IMG/VR virus record: IMGVR_UViG_3300032607_001790
Length of the DNA stretch: 64,000 nt
From: an uncultured virus (IMG/VR IMGVR_UViG_3300032607_001790)
Taxonomy: Duplodnaviria > Heunggongvirae > Uroviricota > Caudoviricetes
Reading direction: 5' to 3' (one strand)
Under the pieces are notes generated by a model. That model was not told the origin of the DNA. It was given only the letters and a program-made list of their open reading frames with translations, and ran no database searches. Shown in pieces: positions 20,301-29,928 of this stretch (within the stretch, counting starts at the first letter, position 1; each line of letters starts with the position of its first letter). Position numbers and translations under genes: made by a program.

Positions 20301-22985
20301 ATTTCGTATATCATTTACTCTTTGAACCATTGCGGGATCTTGCAAGGCTGTATTTAGCTGTTTATAACGCATTTGCAGTGCTAATACATTTTGCTCTGCT
20401 GCTTTAATTTGTTCTGGTTTGGCACCGCCAACTTTTAAATCCACGACAATTTGCTTTGCGTCTTTTATTTGCGCTTGAACCCTTTCTACCTCTCCCATTG
20501 CAATTTGAGCTGCAATTCCAACATCTCTGAGCATCCTTGATAGTGGACCTAATGTTGCTTGAGCCGCCGAATCAGCCAAAGGCGCAAAACTTTCTAACGT
20601 GCGAGTAAAATCACCGCCAACAGTATTAATCAGACCTTGTAATGATTTACCAGCAATTTGAGCACCAGTGCCAAATCTATTGATCAGCTCATCACTTACC
20701 TTGGCAAATACTTCTCTAAAGCGATTACCAGTAAATTCCCCATCCTCCATTGCTTTGCTAAAGTCCTTCACGGACATCCCAGCGGCTTTAGAGAAAATTG
20801 CCAACGCTCCAGGCAACACGTCGCCTAATTGTCCTTTGAGTTCTTCGGCCATGATCTGGCCCTTACTGGCCATTTGCCCGAAAGCATAAATAACGCGCTC
20901 AGCTTTATCAGGCGTTAGTTGCAAAGCCGCAGTAGCAGCACTAATGCCAGTAAAGAGTTTTTCAATGGACCCCGAATCAAATCCCGTTGGAGCCATTGAA
21001 GCAAAAAGCCTGACAAAACCAGTTCTAGTAGTTTCTAAATTAAGGCCAAATGCTCTCTGAACATTATCAACAAAAAGCATTTCTTTTGCAAATGTACCAG
21101 TTTCTTGTGTGGAAACTTTTAATGCATTTGTAAATTGTTGTTGGTTTTTTGCTGCATTAAGAATCTGACCAGGCAAGCTCATAACAAAGCTCAACCCTTT
21201 ATATGCAGCGCCATAAAGCAATACTTGTTTAGTCGCCTGTCCAAGTTCTCCCGCAATACCTTTAAGGCCGCCAATCAATGGAAGTTGACTTGCCCTGAAA
21301 TTTTGGCTGGATGCAGTAGCCACATCTAATGCTGTTTTGAATTTCTCCATTTGGCTGCCAGCGCCAATGAAAGTTGCTGGCCCCTGCTTCCCTCCTGGCA
21401 TTTTCGTTTCAGAAGGGAATCCGCCTGGCGGTACATAACCTCTGTTGCGATCAAAGGGAGAAGCAAACCCTTCGCCAAAACTGCCGGTTGTAATGCGTGG
21501 TCGATTTAATCCTGCAGTTGTTTCTCCTGCAGCAGGAAGCATTAAAGGTGTCCTGGGCAGCGGTGGAAGCGCACCTTGATTCAAGGGACCATGGCCTACT
21601 GACTTAAAATATTCGCCAACGGCACCATCAACGATACGCCTGAATCCAGACAATCCCGACTCAGCAGGCAGCATCTTGCGTTCTGCGGCTGGAGGAAGTC
21701 GTGGTTGTCCTCCTTCACTTACGATGGCAGGCACAATACGACGCCGCGCTGCATTTGCTGTGTTTATTAATTGTTGAGTAAGAATTGCTTTATGGTAGGC
21801 GTCAATATTTTGTTTATAATTACGAGTGAAGTTATCTAATTGCGTTTTATGATAATCTTCAATTATATTAAAAGCACTCCGAATCTGCACTTCAATTACC
21901 TTAGATGCGCCCTCCCTTGAACTAATAGCTAGCGCTCCCCCTGGCGCACGACCAGGCAGCAACCCAGGCCCAGCAGTGGCCGCAGCAGCACCACCAGCAG
22001 CGCCACCAGCCCTGCGATTAATTCTGTCTGCATATGCATTCGTGGCAGCGGTAGCTGTTTTGGTAGCAGTATCAAACCTTCTTAATGTCTGGTCAAGGCT
22101 ATCGCTAAAGCCTGAAATCCCAACAAATGAATTGCTTGTAGTGCGTAAAACAGAAGTTAATTCTGTTAAATTATCGAGCAGTTCAGTTCCACTTTGCGCT
22201 GATACTTTCCTTAAATCTTTGCCAAGTTTGTCAATTTGACTTAATAATGAAGCAATTTTTAATCCATAATTCTGAGGATAAAGAGTTTTACCGCCAGTAG
22301 ATAAAGACGCCCTGCCAGTAGTCCTGGCGGTTTCTCCCATTGCACGTAGATCTTGCGCTAAACTTTCTGCGCTGGATTGAATTTTATCAAACTTTTGTTT
22401 TAATTCTCGGTTCTCGCCCATCATCATGACGGAACCATCGTCAAGTGCTTTTCGTAGTTTCTGTGGATCTACTTGATTTAATTCTTGAAAGAAAAGCTTG
22501 AAAGCACTTTCAACACCCATGCCTTTAGCGGCAGATTTGAATCCTGGAATGCTTCGAGTGCCGGAGCCGAAAGGAGCTTCTCCCCTCATCTCTACCATTT
22601 TTGCAACAGCTTTATTTATATCTCCTTTGCTTTCCTTGGCCATTTTCGTGGCCATCTCCTTCATCGCTGTACCTATGGTTTTAGTGCCACCTCCTGCATT
22701 AAAATCAATTTTGATAGAACCCGAAAGATTCTTAAGGGAAGCCGCTAATTTTTCAATCTTGTCAGCAGCTAATCCGACGGATGTATCGTTTAAATCTATC
22801 CTGTATTTTTTCTTGCCAAGAGTTCGCCCAATAGCTTCTAATTGTGTTGTTAGATTTTTTTTATTAATTAATACATTTACAGGATAATAGTACGCCCCTG
22901 CTGTTTGCGCAAGCTTTCCTAGTTGCGAGCGAAATCCTGCTAGATTTAGCGTTACGTCAAGTCTTAATTCAGCCATATTCGACAA
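17373..22985 (-). CDS. Tape measure protein (1870 aa) with internal putative M15/LAS peptidase domain
   Basis: Tape-measure motif AFGQMASKGQIMAEELKGQLGD, coiled coils and C-terminal FADGG..GPT..VGEG..EAIIPL. Internal H-x-D...HLH segment. Confidence 0.93.
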   Translation of the reverse strand: MSNMAELRLDVTLNLAGFRSQLGKLAQTAGAYYYPVNVLINKKNLTTQLEAIGRTLGKKKYRIDLNDTSVGLAADKIEKLAASLKNLSGSIKIDFNAGGGTKTIGTAMKEMATKMAKESKGDINKAVAKMVEMRGEAPFGSGTRSIPGFKSAAKGMGVESAFKLFFQELNQVDPQKLRKALDDGSVMMMGENRELKQKFDKIQSSAESLAQDLRAMGETARTTGRASLSTGGKTLYPQNYGLKIASLLSQIDKLGKDLRKVSAQSGTELLDNLTELTSVLRTTSNSFVGISGFSDSLDQTLRRFDTATKTATAATNAYADRINRRAGGAAGGAAAATAGPGLLPGRAPGGALAISSREGASKVIEVQIRSAFNIIEDYHKTQLDNFTRNYKQNIDAYHKAILTQQLINTANAARRRIVPAIVSEGGQPRLPPAAERKMLPAESGLSGFRRIVDGAVGEYFKSVGHGPLNQGALPPLPRTPLMLPAAGETTAGLNRPRITTGSFGEGFASPFDRNRGYVPPGGFPSETKMPGGKQGPATFIGAGSQMEKFKTALDVATASSQNFRASQLPLIGGLKGIAGELGQATKQVLLYGAAYKGLSFVMSLPGQILNAAKNQQQFTNALKVSTQETGTFAKEMLFVDNVQRAFGLNLETTRTGFVRLFASMAPTGFDSGSIEKLFTGISAATAALQLTPDKAERVIYAFGQMASKGQIMAEELKGQLGDVLPGALAIFSKAAGMSVKDFSKAMEDGEFTGNRFREVFAKVSDELINRFGTGAQIAGKSLQGLINTVGGDFTRTLESFAPLADSAAQATLGPLSRMLRDVGIAAQIAMGEVERVQAQIKDAKQIVVDLKVGGAKPEQIKAAEQNVLALQMRYKQLNTALQDPAMVQRVNDIRNFTTELAKAGTFVMNLAGVIGNVLSPFLTILGGNFTSIVGNLILFALGFTAIRLATLLFTGTLATVNAVVAANGTISMAAAAKSTVLAGAFRIVGVQATGAEIATIGFGTAVKGLIASTGIGLLVVLVGSLATAFLSMRDRAKEAGEASKDAIKEGANAAAMGQVLPVTAQLNQELAKNRVVSEGLKTLERIHDTNRAIMKGGGRPIISTSDMASLKGAAEYSNEIAGIISGNQLKKGGKGFEIQAFLMPQLSQAREQAGQISAETRKSSILLKEQQQQALRNAKRLGLNAPTLGTGTNEGETEADKKKREDEEKKLAKSQDTLATRQQQLDQDAANRRVALDQSTFDSRLRMSDAEYDHQRALQDDYFERQISGLDSIEARQKKFQQDLKAIENRRIDSIRKAELDAVKAVQDLRSATVKAAAVSGGNPGGTSKYVDRSVLRKYLESEGFSRTSGDFTNKGHQTPDHMRNAMDYGILGGSDADALRKTIAMERKLKATGAFGDQLFGPERDPRGHGAGKGGQNIHLHVPTPDEKIKLTPGLSSLIEGKGLQGGAVGLNTRPGEYAMGRREDKAEGNLAVEQQDVQNKALEKLETIRRANNLALEQTITLVQQNIDSIFPVKEQKLENDLLEMRNNLELKGASKEIIDMEVQKYKAVKENAYNLQTLNEEIAKNNEELTKLKGKKITTLEDKEQIKSLTNLTAGYNLEIAGIPEKQRLFNEQLERTAALAVESPMVKLAKQVNEAKRELVEMSSASSMAIGGAKSIGEAFGSSFKDMITGSKTVKESMASLFQSVGDYFLDMGSRIISKWIEMQAIQGLMSIFSMFAPGAAVAGATLGAAPVAPNLQSGAGFSLPGVISTGMQTAANGAVWTGGFTAFADGGMVTGPTLGLVGEGRYNEAIIPLPDGRSVPVELGGAAAATNNVTSNIVVNVSSDGQSSSNANGSNSVDLGRKIEGAVKQVIVAELRPGGVLAGRR

Positions 22986-23008
22986 TAGCCCTATTATTCA
23001 TAATATAG

Positions 23009-23478
23009 CTACTCCCCACTTGGTTCACGGGTGGAAGCAGTTTTTAGCTCATCAGCTAATAATGCAATAACTCGACCGTCTAATCGTCTAGTACGCATCA
23101 AACGCTGCAATACTCCCAAGCTTTCATCCGTCATGCCATTTTGTTTCTTTAATCTTCTGGTGTCAAATGGTAAGAAATCATCCGCTGATACCCTAGCTTT
23201 TTTCCCTCCCAGTGCTCCTACTACTACAGTGCCTAGCTTAGCTGTTGCAATACTATTAATATTATATTTTGTAATATCATGATTTTCCAACCATTTCAAT
23301 GCTGTCACAATATCTTTCACACGTTGCTTACCAAAATTATGCGCCTCCCATCGGCAATCATTAAAATCCGATGAATTAAGACGAAAATAAATTTCATCCC
23401 ATTTTGTTAAGTTTTTTAAAAATTGCCGGGCTTGTTTCTCTAGTCGCTCGGCAAAGCTTCCTTCGTCCGGCGTGGTGC
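23009..23478 (-). CDS. Tail assembly chaperone gpGT-like -1 frameshift extension
   Basis: The -1 frame is open from the slippery A7 run (23479-23485) through STTPDEGSFAERLEKQARQF... into the 23009-23320 ORF. Confidence 0.8.
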
Positions 23479-23988
23479 TTTTTTTGCTTGTCCTGCTTCT
23501 TTCGCCTCAGCCTCTTGCTCGCTCGCTATAAATTCCATGCCTTTAGCAATTAAACGCCTTCCCATTGATTTAGTGTCTTCAATGGACCAATCATCAAGGG
23601 GCAGCCATTCCCCATCGCTCATCAAGCCTTCACCCCGGCAGCGCATGAACACTGTCACCATACGAGCATTACCTAGCTCAACACCACCACTACTATTGAT
23701 CATCCCTAGTGTCTCCTCAGTGAAATCGCTTAATAGCTCCATTTCGCTCATGTCAGCACCACCTTGAAGCAAAGCAAATGCTTCATCTAATGGAATATCT
23801 TTTGCAATGGCAATTCGTTTTGCTAATTGCACCGCACGAATAGTTGCTTGGCTTTGCACCTTGCTAAGTTCTTCTTGCTCAATACCTTCTGCAACTAACC
23901 ATCCGCCATGTTGCCTTAGGCGCAACTTGGGGCTGAGTTCAAAAAATTCAGGCTCTTCGCTTTGCAGCAGGAAGCTATACTTGCTCAT
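23440..23988 (-). CDS. Tail assembly chaperone gpG-like
   Basis: Lies between tail tube/neck genes and the tape measure. Ends GCA AAA AAA GCA slippery site. Confidence 0.75.
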   Translation of the reverse strand: MSKYSFLLQSEEPEFFELSPKLRLRQHGGWLVAEGIEQEELSKVQSQATIRAVQLAKRIAIAKDIPLDEAFALLQGGADMSEMELLSDFTEETLGMINSSGGVELGNARMVTVFMRCRGEGLMSDGEWLPLDDWSIEDTKSMGRRLIAKGMEFIASEQEAEAKEAGQAKKAPRRTKEALPSD

Positions 23989-24214
23989 GATTTAGAACGG
24001 TTAAAGTGGCATTGAAGACCTTTACTCTTTCGCTTTGAGAACGAAATTCTTTCGGCACTTCAACAAGAAAAGAATGATCTTCGTTTGAAATTCTAATGGC
24101 ATCTTCAGGAAATGCCATAAGACAAAGAATACCTATTTCAACACTGGCTCCCACATAAGAGCAATTAATGGCATGACATCGCCCGTCCTTACTCCATAAG
24201 TAATCAATTTGCAT
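23975..24214 (-). CDS. Hypothetical protein
   Basis: Coupled ORF in the virion operon. Confidence 0.55.
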   Translation of the reverse strand: MQIDYLWSKDGRCHAINCSYVGASVEIGILCLMAFPEDAIRISNEDHSFLVEVPKEFRSQSERVKVFNATLTVLNHEQV

Positions 24215-24653
24215 ACATTGCGTCTAATGCTGCTTGCACTCTAAGCTTAAAAGCTTTAGCAACTGGTTTCCTGAAAGAAAATGCAATGGATAAATCATCA
24301 GTAAATTTCCTGGGATACCCTGCATTTGTTCCTGTGCCTTCGTGTACGTATTCTGCGTATTCTTTGCCGCTATTGTTTTTAGCATCCCAATGCCAATGTG
24401 CTGTTACTTGATTAAGGGAGCTTGTCAACTTGTAACTTTCTTTGCCGCTATCGTAAAGCGCTCCTAAATCGTAAATATCACGAGGCGATCCTACTGTGTC
24501 ACCATTTCTTCTTGTTGTAGATGGACTATGCTTCCACTTGTCTTCTCTGAATTGATCATCCCAGAAAGCGTCATTAATATCTTGCTCCGTCCAATCTTCA
24601 AAAGCTTTTGCTAGAGCTTCTTCAACGCCGTCAAAACCAATAAGAATTGCCAT
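24204..24653 (-). CDS. HK97 gp10-like neck/tail completion protein
   Basis: RDIYDLGALYDS...EYAEYVHEGT..PRKF pattern. Confidence 0.65.
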   Translation of the reverse strand: MAILIGFDGVEEALAKAFEDWTEQDINDAFWDDQFREDKWKHSPSTTRRNGDTVGSPRDIYDLGALYDSGKESYKLTSSLNQVTAHWHWDAKNNSGKEYAEYVHEGTGTNAGYPRKFTDDLSIAFSFRKPVAKAFKLRVQAALDAMYAN

Positions 24654-24655
24654 GG

Positions 24656-25066
24656 TTAAGGACCAGGGAAGATACGACGAATCGTCATATCAGGAATAAT
24701 AAAACGGCAACGTTCATATGCCACATCATCACCAGGCGTAAATCGTAATCCAGCATCAGGGAATCGCCTCACCATTCGATCCATTGCTTCTGCAATTTGT
24801 TTGCCATCAGGATTATATTGCATAATTATTACTTCCCATTGCTGCAATACACTTACCATTCCTACCCCAGCTTCAGACAATAATTCTGGATATTGCCGTA
24901 TAGTAACTTCCATGCCAGTAACTTTCCATTCTGCTGGTACACCTTTTTGTCCTACCACATAAATAGCTGGTACTTGTGTATTATCGGGAAAGATGTAAGA
25001 ACCAATTAAGTTAGGAGCCGCTGAAAGCAGTTCATAAATTGTTTCCCTAAGTTGATTAATGTCCAA
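24656..25066 (-). CDS. Putative tail terminator
   Basis: Position and size. Inference only. Confidence 0.45.
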   Translation of the reverse strand: MDINQLRETIYELLSAAPNLIGSYIFPDNTQVPAIYVVGQKGVPAEWKVTGMEVTIRQYPELLSEAGVGMVSVLQQWEVIIMQYNPDGKQIAEAMDRMVRRFPDAGLRFTPGDDVAYERCRFIIPDMTIRRIFPGP

Positions 25067-25095
25067 AATAAAAAGCCTCCCCGTAAGGAGAGGCT
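25065..25095 (-). terminator. Rho-independent terminator after the major tail gene
   Basis: AGCCTCTCC-TTAC-GGGGAGGCT followed by TTTTATTTT on the minus strand. Confidence 0.75.
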
Positions 25096-25119
25096 AGCAG
25101 AAAACAATGGGAATAGTGC

Positions 25120-25698
25120 TTAGTTAGGAGCAGTTGGGATGATGCTGCCGGAGCTAGTAGCGTTTTGGTGGATACCAATACGACCACGGCTCATGAGATC
25201 AAAGGTAACTTCAACTAAGTTATCAGCAGGATAGCTTTCGCTGTAGTTCATAACACGACCAACATAAGCTACGCGGTCGTAGTAGTAAGTAGTGCCACTA
25301 ACGCCAAGTTGCTTGTTGATTTCAACGTACACTTCAGCGTCCTTGTCATAGCGATTAGTAGCAATCACTTGGAAAGCTTCATCAAAACTATCAGGGATGA
25401 ATACTGTGCCATCAACGTCCTTCTGGAAGTAGGAAGTGATAGAAGCTGTTGCTGCACTGGTAACAATTACGCTATCAGAGAAGCCACCGCCACCAAGTAG
25501 GTAAAACTCGGTGTTGCCATCATTAAAAGCAACAGAAGCTGTAGTAGCTGCTTGTAGCGTGAAAAGAGTAGGAGCGCCAGATACAGTGAAAGTAGCGCCA
25601 CTTTGAGTGATAACTGGACGACCGCTTGCGGTGATAATAGAACCAACACGTACAATTACGTCTTGGCTCTTAACCAGTTCTGTGGGATGGTAGAGCAT
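25120..25698 (-). CDS. Major tail tube protein
   Basis: 192 aa, beta-rich, VMNYSESYPADNLVEVTFDL. Biased codon usage and followed by a terminator. Confidence 0.7.
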   Translation of the reverse strand: MLYHPTELVKSQDVIVRVGSIITASGRPVITQSGATFTVSGAPTLFTLQAATTASVAFNDGNTEFYLLGGGGFSDSVIVTSAATASITSYFQKDVDGTVFIPDSFDEAFQVIATNRYDKDAEVYVEINKQLGVSGTTYYYDRVAYVGRVMNYSESYPADNLVEVTFDLMSRGRIGIHQNATSSGSIIPTAPN

Positions 25699-25738
25699 GA
25701 GAATGCCTCAACAATGGGAAAGAGAAAGTGGTTAAGCG

Positions 25739-26128
25739 TCAGACGTTCTGTACGCTTCCTTTACCAACCAGTCTAAAGATTCCTCTGATTGGTGTGCCTA
25801 AAAACTGCCAATAATGTTCAGCAATTTGTTCATTAGGCAATAGCTCAAATCGTCCTTCCCTTCCATTGATTGTGGCAGAAGCTGAACTTCCAGGAGTGAT
25901 GCCAGAAAGAGCCAAAGGCCCAGTCAAACGTCCTTCCATGTACACAGCAGTATTATCAGCACCAAGCAAATAATCATACTGTGGATTACGTTTTTGCTGT
26001 AACGTGGCGTAATAAGTAACACCAGTAGCAGTTGGAACGTAATTACCAGTGCCTGATTCAACGACATAACCAGAAGCTACGGACCACACAAGCGTGGCAT
26101 TAGCTAATGGCAATAGTACGTTGGTCAT
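25739..26128 (-). CDS. Head closure/head-tail joining protein
   Basis: Synteny after the adaptor gene. Confidence 0.5.
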   Translation of the reverse strand: MTNVLLPLANATLVWSVASGYVVESGTGNYVPTATGVTYYATLQQKRNPQYDYLLGADNTAVYMEGRLTGPLALSGITPGSSASATINGREGRFELLPNEQIAEHYWQFLGTPIRGIFRLVGKGSVQNV

Positions 26129-26439
26129 GCAACAAAACCAATTGAAAGAGAGCCAGCGACGGTTTCAAGCATTCGTTTAAACTCTTGGCCATATTGTGTG
26201 GCCTCCAGTCCTTTACCGTAAACCTTGCCTTCTGTAGCGCCAATTTGAACGCCCATTTGTGCAAGTTGAATGGCAACGATATGTGCTGTTAAATGTTTCA
26301 CCGCTCTGTCTACTTGACTGCCGAATACATCTGCTGATGCATCTGCAGTAGCTTCGAGCAATGCCCCATTTACAATCCCCGATGGATGGGGAGTAAATTC
26401 AGGGAAACGATCTAAGAATGCTGCATACGTAACAGCCAT
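26125..26439 (-). CDS. Head-tail adaptor (DUF4054-like)
   Basis: FLDRFPEF...LTAH...TQYGQEF motif. Confidence 0.8.
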   Translation of the reverse strand: MAVTYAAFLDRFPEFTPHPSGIVNGALLEATADASADVFGSQVDRAVKHLTAHIVAIQLAQMGVQIGATEGKVYGKGLEATQYGQEFKRMLETVAGSLSIGFVA

Positions 26440-26441
26440 GG

Positions 26442-26828
26442 CTATGCCTTGCCTGCTTTGATGGATTCCTGACGTTTAGCAATAATATTGCGTACTCTCA
26501 CTCGCCCTTCGATCTTTTTCCATGCCGCGAGTTGATCGAGGTCATGAATTATTTCAATGACTCGTGAGGCTTCAATAACAGGAAGATTAGAAAGGGTTTC
26601 TACATCTTGCGGAATAGCTTCCACAGTCACTCGTTCCCTTACTTCTTCAATGGCCCCAATAGTAATCAATTTTTTTACAATTGCATTCTCTTGGGCAATT
26701 TTCCATTGTGATTCTGGTACATCCTGATTTAAGCCAGGAGTAAGTTGAATCATGCCACCATCGGTGATAATACCAAACCCACCTTCGCGGGGTGGATTTT
26801 CAAGCTCAGGGCGATAAGCAATCAACAT
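26442..26828 (-). CDS. Hypothetical head-associated protein
   Basis: Directly after the capsid gene. IQLTPGLN.V motif. Confidence 0.55.
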   Translation of the reverse strand: MLIAYRPELENPPREGGFGIITDGGMIQLTPGLNQDVPESQWKIAQENAIVKKLITIGAIEEVRERVTVEAIPQDVETLSNLPVIEASRVIEIIHDLDQLAAWKKIEGRVRVRNIIAKRQESIKAGKA

Positions 26829-26882
26829 GTTAAAAGGTTCAGAAGAACTGATGATAGCTTAACGCCCATTGCTAGGTTAGGC

Positions 26883-27797
26883 TCAAGCCGAAGCTTGAAC
26901 ATAAATAACGCTCTTAGGGAAGTACAGAGCTACACCACCCACGCGAGCGTGAGCAGGAACAATGAACTCAAGACCGCGTTGCTGAGGAGGGAACAATTCG
27001 AGAGGCTGAGGAATGTGCAGTTGCACTTTCTCAGGATCGCGCTTGTAAACCACCATACGATTAGTATTTAATTCGCTATTATCTGCATCCAATTGGTTGA
27101 TGGGCTCAACATTACGGATGTAAGGATTAGTACGAAGGAAATACTCAAGCACAGTAACGTCCGAAGAATCGGAATTACGAGTGGTGCTTACTACGTTGTA
27201 GTCTTCATAAGCCATCAAGATGGTATCGGGCTGCTCCTTCATCTTGGAAGCATTGATGATGGCAGTAACGCCATGGTTCAATAATTCCAGCATGTCTTGA
27301 GCGGTTCCACTAGCAGTGGTGCCAGTGAACCACTTGTTAGCTGCAATTACATCAACAGTTGCATTGTTGAAGAAACCAGCCAATCCGACAGAAGATTCGC
27401 CAAACATGGCAACAGCTTCTACTTTCTCTTCATACGCACGACGCACTGCTTGGGCGCGACGTTGCTCAAGAGCAATATTAGCCATTTGAGCAGCACGTAA
27501 TTCTTGTACGGTATAACCGAAGCTACCACCGAAAGAACGAATGTTGATGCTCTTTTCCACTTGGCTAACGTCTGCACGTGGCAAATCATCAGCAGCATCC
27601 GAAATCAATTTGAACTCACCAGTGGAGTCCATGATGCGGAAAGTGAAAGTTTGTGCGCCAGGACCAGCTTCGCTAGTTACAGGCAACAATGTTGGGTATT
27701 TGATATCGGCATAAACCGTTTCAAATACTTGAGGGCGGATGAACTCAAGCTGACGCTCAAGAAACAGACCCGCGTCGTCTAGACGAAAATCAGACAT
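26883..27797 (-). CDS. Major capsid protein (DUF2184/encapsulin-like HK97 fold)
   Basis: FLERQLEFI, DDLPRAD, YTVQELRAA and NRMVVY..P..V...P pattern. Confidence 0.9.
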   Translation of the reverse strand: MSDFRLDDAGLFLERQLEFIRPQVFETVYADIKYPTLLPVTSEAGPGAQTFTFRIMDSTGEFKLISDAADDLPRADVSQVEKSINIRSFGGSFGYTVQELRAAQMANIALEQRRAQAVRRAYEEKVEAVAMFGESSVGLAGFFNNATVDVIAANKWFTGTTASGTAQDMLELLNHGVTAIINASKMKEQPDTILMAYEDYNVVSTTRNSDSSDVTVLEYFLRTNPYIRNVEPINQLDADNSELNTNRMVVYKRDPEKVQLHIPQPLELFPPQQRGLEFIVPAHARVGGVALYFPKSVIYVQASA

Positions 27798-27812
27798 TAG
27801 TAGGGCCTCCTA

Positions 27813-28373
27813 TCAAGAATCAGCGGAAAGAACAAAGCTTGGGCCGTTGAGTTCCAAAATTGCCAAACCACTACCAGTAGTAGTAGAAAGGAAACGAGCA
27901 TTGGAAAGACGGGAAGTCTTACCTGAAGCAAAAGCATGACTGAATTGACCAGCCTTACCAGTGCCACTTGCTGAGAACAACACACGGACAGGGGATGCAG
28001 GGGTGACAGCACCAGTTACATAAATAGCAACTGCACCTTCGTTAGCAACGTTCAGCACTTGGTCAATTTTCACGCCAGGACGGCTATCGCCATTCAAAGC
28101 AGTTTCATCAACATAAGTGAGAACATTAATACCAACAACGGTATCGCCACTAGCTGAAAGGGTCTTAGCAGAATTAGCTACGGTGCCAGCAGAGTTGAAC
28201 ACTTGTACATCACCGAAAGGCAGCACAACTGCAGTTTCGTTGATATAGGTGCCAATGGTATTGTCGCGAATATCAGAGAGTTGACCTTCTAAAAGTGAAG
28301 CATGAACAAGAGCATAGCTCTGTTGCACACCACCAGCAGAAGCAGTCCCCGACGTGGAAAAAGTTACAGCCAT
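27813..28373 (-). CDS. Capsid decoration/cement protein
   Basis: Lies between protease and MCP, Ala/Gly/Ser-rich beta protein. Confidence 0.7.
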   Translation of the reverse strand: MAVTFSTSGTASAGGVQQSYALVHASLLEGQLSDIRDNTIGTYINETAVVLPFGDVQVFNSAGTVANSAKTLSASGDTVVGINVLTYVDETALNGDSRPGVKIDQVLNVANEGAVAIYVTGAVTPASPVRVLFSASGTGKAGQFSHAFASGKTSRLSNARFLSTTTGSGLAILELNGPSFVLSADS

Positions 28374-28376
28374 GGA

Positions 28377-29570
28377 TCAGCGCTCCTTAGAGACGGAGAG
28401 AGGGGATTTCCAAGCATTCTGCAACTTATCCATGTAGGACGAAGGTGCAGACATTGGAGAAACAAGAGAAGCAACGGCTTTACGCAGTTCTTCTGTAGCA
28501 GCAGAATCACCACGGGGGGTTGATTCAGCTAAGGTGTCGAACATAGCAGTTACATAATCATCGGAACGATCCGATAAATCAGCATCACCACGAACGGCTT
28601 TGATGGAAGTTTCCATGATTTCACGAGCAGTTTTGCCAGTAAAATCAAAAGCAGCATCAAGAGAAGGACGAGCTTTATCGATTAGCGCAATACGCTCTTC
28701 AACAAGGCTGTCAACATTTGTTTTTTGCGCTTCGGACAATTCACCTTTAAGGCTGTCTACTTCTTCAGTAAGTGCATCAGCACGTCCTTCAGCAGCATCA
28801 ACTTTACCTTTCATTTCCTTGTGCATGGCATCCATTTCTTCCTTCATTTTGGAAGCTTCTGCCATCATGCCATCGTACTTTTTCTTCATTTCGGCATAGC
28901 TGCCTTTGGCGTCATCTCGTTCTTTAGTGATCGCTAGCGCTACGCTCTCAGTCACCTCAAACTCAGCGCCATCAAAATTGACTTTTGCAGTCATAGATGG
29001 TTCCTCAATGGGAGTAAATAAAGAAGGATCGGCAGCATCTAGACGATCTAGATGTAGCTTCACTTGCGGGCCAGCCCGGCCCCGGCGAACAACAGCAATG
29101 TGATTTCCGCTGATATCTTTTTGGATGCCATCGTAATTTTCACCACCATCAGTCACACCAGGAATCGCCTCATAATTGACACGATAACCAGCGCTGACCT
29201 CCTTTGCATCACCACGCATAATGCGTTCAATAGCATCTTTATCAGTGATTGTCATAACTGCACGGACAAAGCCGTTGTCATAAACCACTTCAGTGCTAGT
29301 GAAGCCAATTTGATAATCCTTTGTATTGGAACTATCTAAAAGAACTGATGGATGTTCAAGAGTAATTGCTTTGCCCGCAAACGAGGCCAAGCTAATAGGA
29401 GAGGCCACCTCTGCTTCCGGACGATATTCACGACGAATTGAACCATCGGCATCAGTGTACTGCTGTACACCAGTGCGAGCGATGGTTGCCCAAGCACGAA
29501 GATAACCTTCAGGGGTTAGCTCATACTTGTCAATCGGCGCTACATCGTAACGGAAGCAAGTGTCGCTCAT
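28377..29570 (-). CDS. Prohead protease/scaffold (DUF2213-like)
   Basis: TPEGYL..IARTGVQQY, ITLEHP, EVSAGY and NHIAVV.RGRAG, with a C-terminal coiled-coil scaffold. Confidence 0.88.
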   Translation of the reverse strand: MSDTCFRYDVAPIDKYELTPEGYLRAWATIARTGVQQYTDADGSIRREYRPEAEVASPISLASFAGKAITLEHPSVLLDSSNTKDYQIGFTSTEVVYDNGFVRAVMTITDKDAIERIMRGDAKEVSAGYRVNYEAIPGVTDGGENYDGIQKDISGNHIAVVRRGRAGPQVKLHLDRLDAADPSLFTPIEEPSMTAKVNFDGAEFEVTESVALAITKERDDAKGSYAEMKKKYDGMMAEASKMKEEMDAMHKEMKGKVDAAEGRADALTEEVDSLKGELSEAQKTNVDSLVEERIALIDKARPSLDAAFDFTGKTAREIMETSIKAVRGDADLSDRSDDYVTAMFDTLAESTPRGDSAATEELRKAVASLVSPMSAPSSYMDKLQNAWKSPLSVSKER

Positions 29571-29631
29571 ATCAATACTATATCAAAGAATCCACTGTAA
29601 GATAGACTAACTTAGTAAATACTGCCTAGAA

Positions 29632-29928
29632 ATGCAACACATTCAACATCGCAGGATTACCACTCGATTAAAAGCACCAAATATTACTATTCAGGAAAGT
29701 AGGCAAGTAATTGGTAATCGCATGAAAGAAGCACGATTAAATTCTGGCATGTCACAGCAAGATATTGCGCAGATTTTACATTGTGATCAAACTACTATTT
29801 CACGCATGGAACGAGGAGCAATATCTCCTGATTGCGCTCAAATTCGTACACTTAGCTCAGTGTTTCAACTTTCTATTCTGTACCTGCTTGGCTACCCCAC
29901 TTTCGTGGTATCAGCCACTGCTAGTTAA
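29632..29928 (+). CDS. XRE-family HTH transcriptional regulator, antisense within the head operon
   Basis: IGNRMKEARLNSGMSQQDIAQILHCDQTTISRMERG. Confidence 0.85.
   Translation: MQHIQHRRITTRLKAPNITIQESRQVIGNRMKEARLNSGMSQQDIAQILHCDQTTISRMERGAISPDCAQIRTLSSVFQLSILYLLGYPTFVVSATAS

Noticed and set aside
17493..22887. Long plus-strand ORFs opposite the tape measure gene
   Set aside because: Antisense shadows of a long coding frame.
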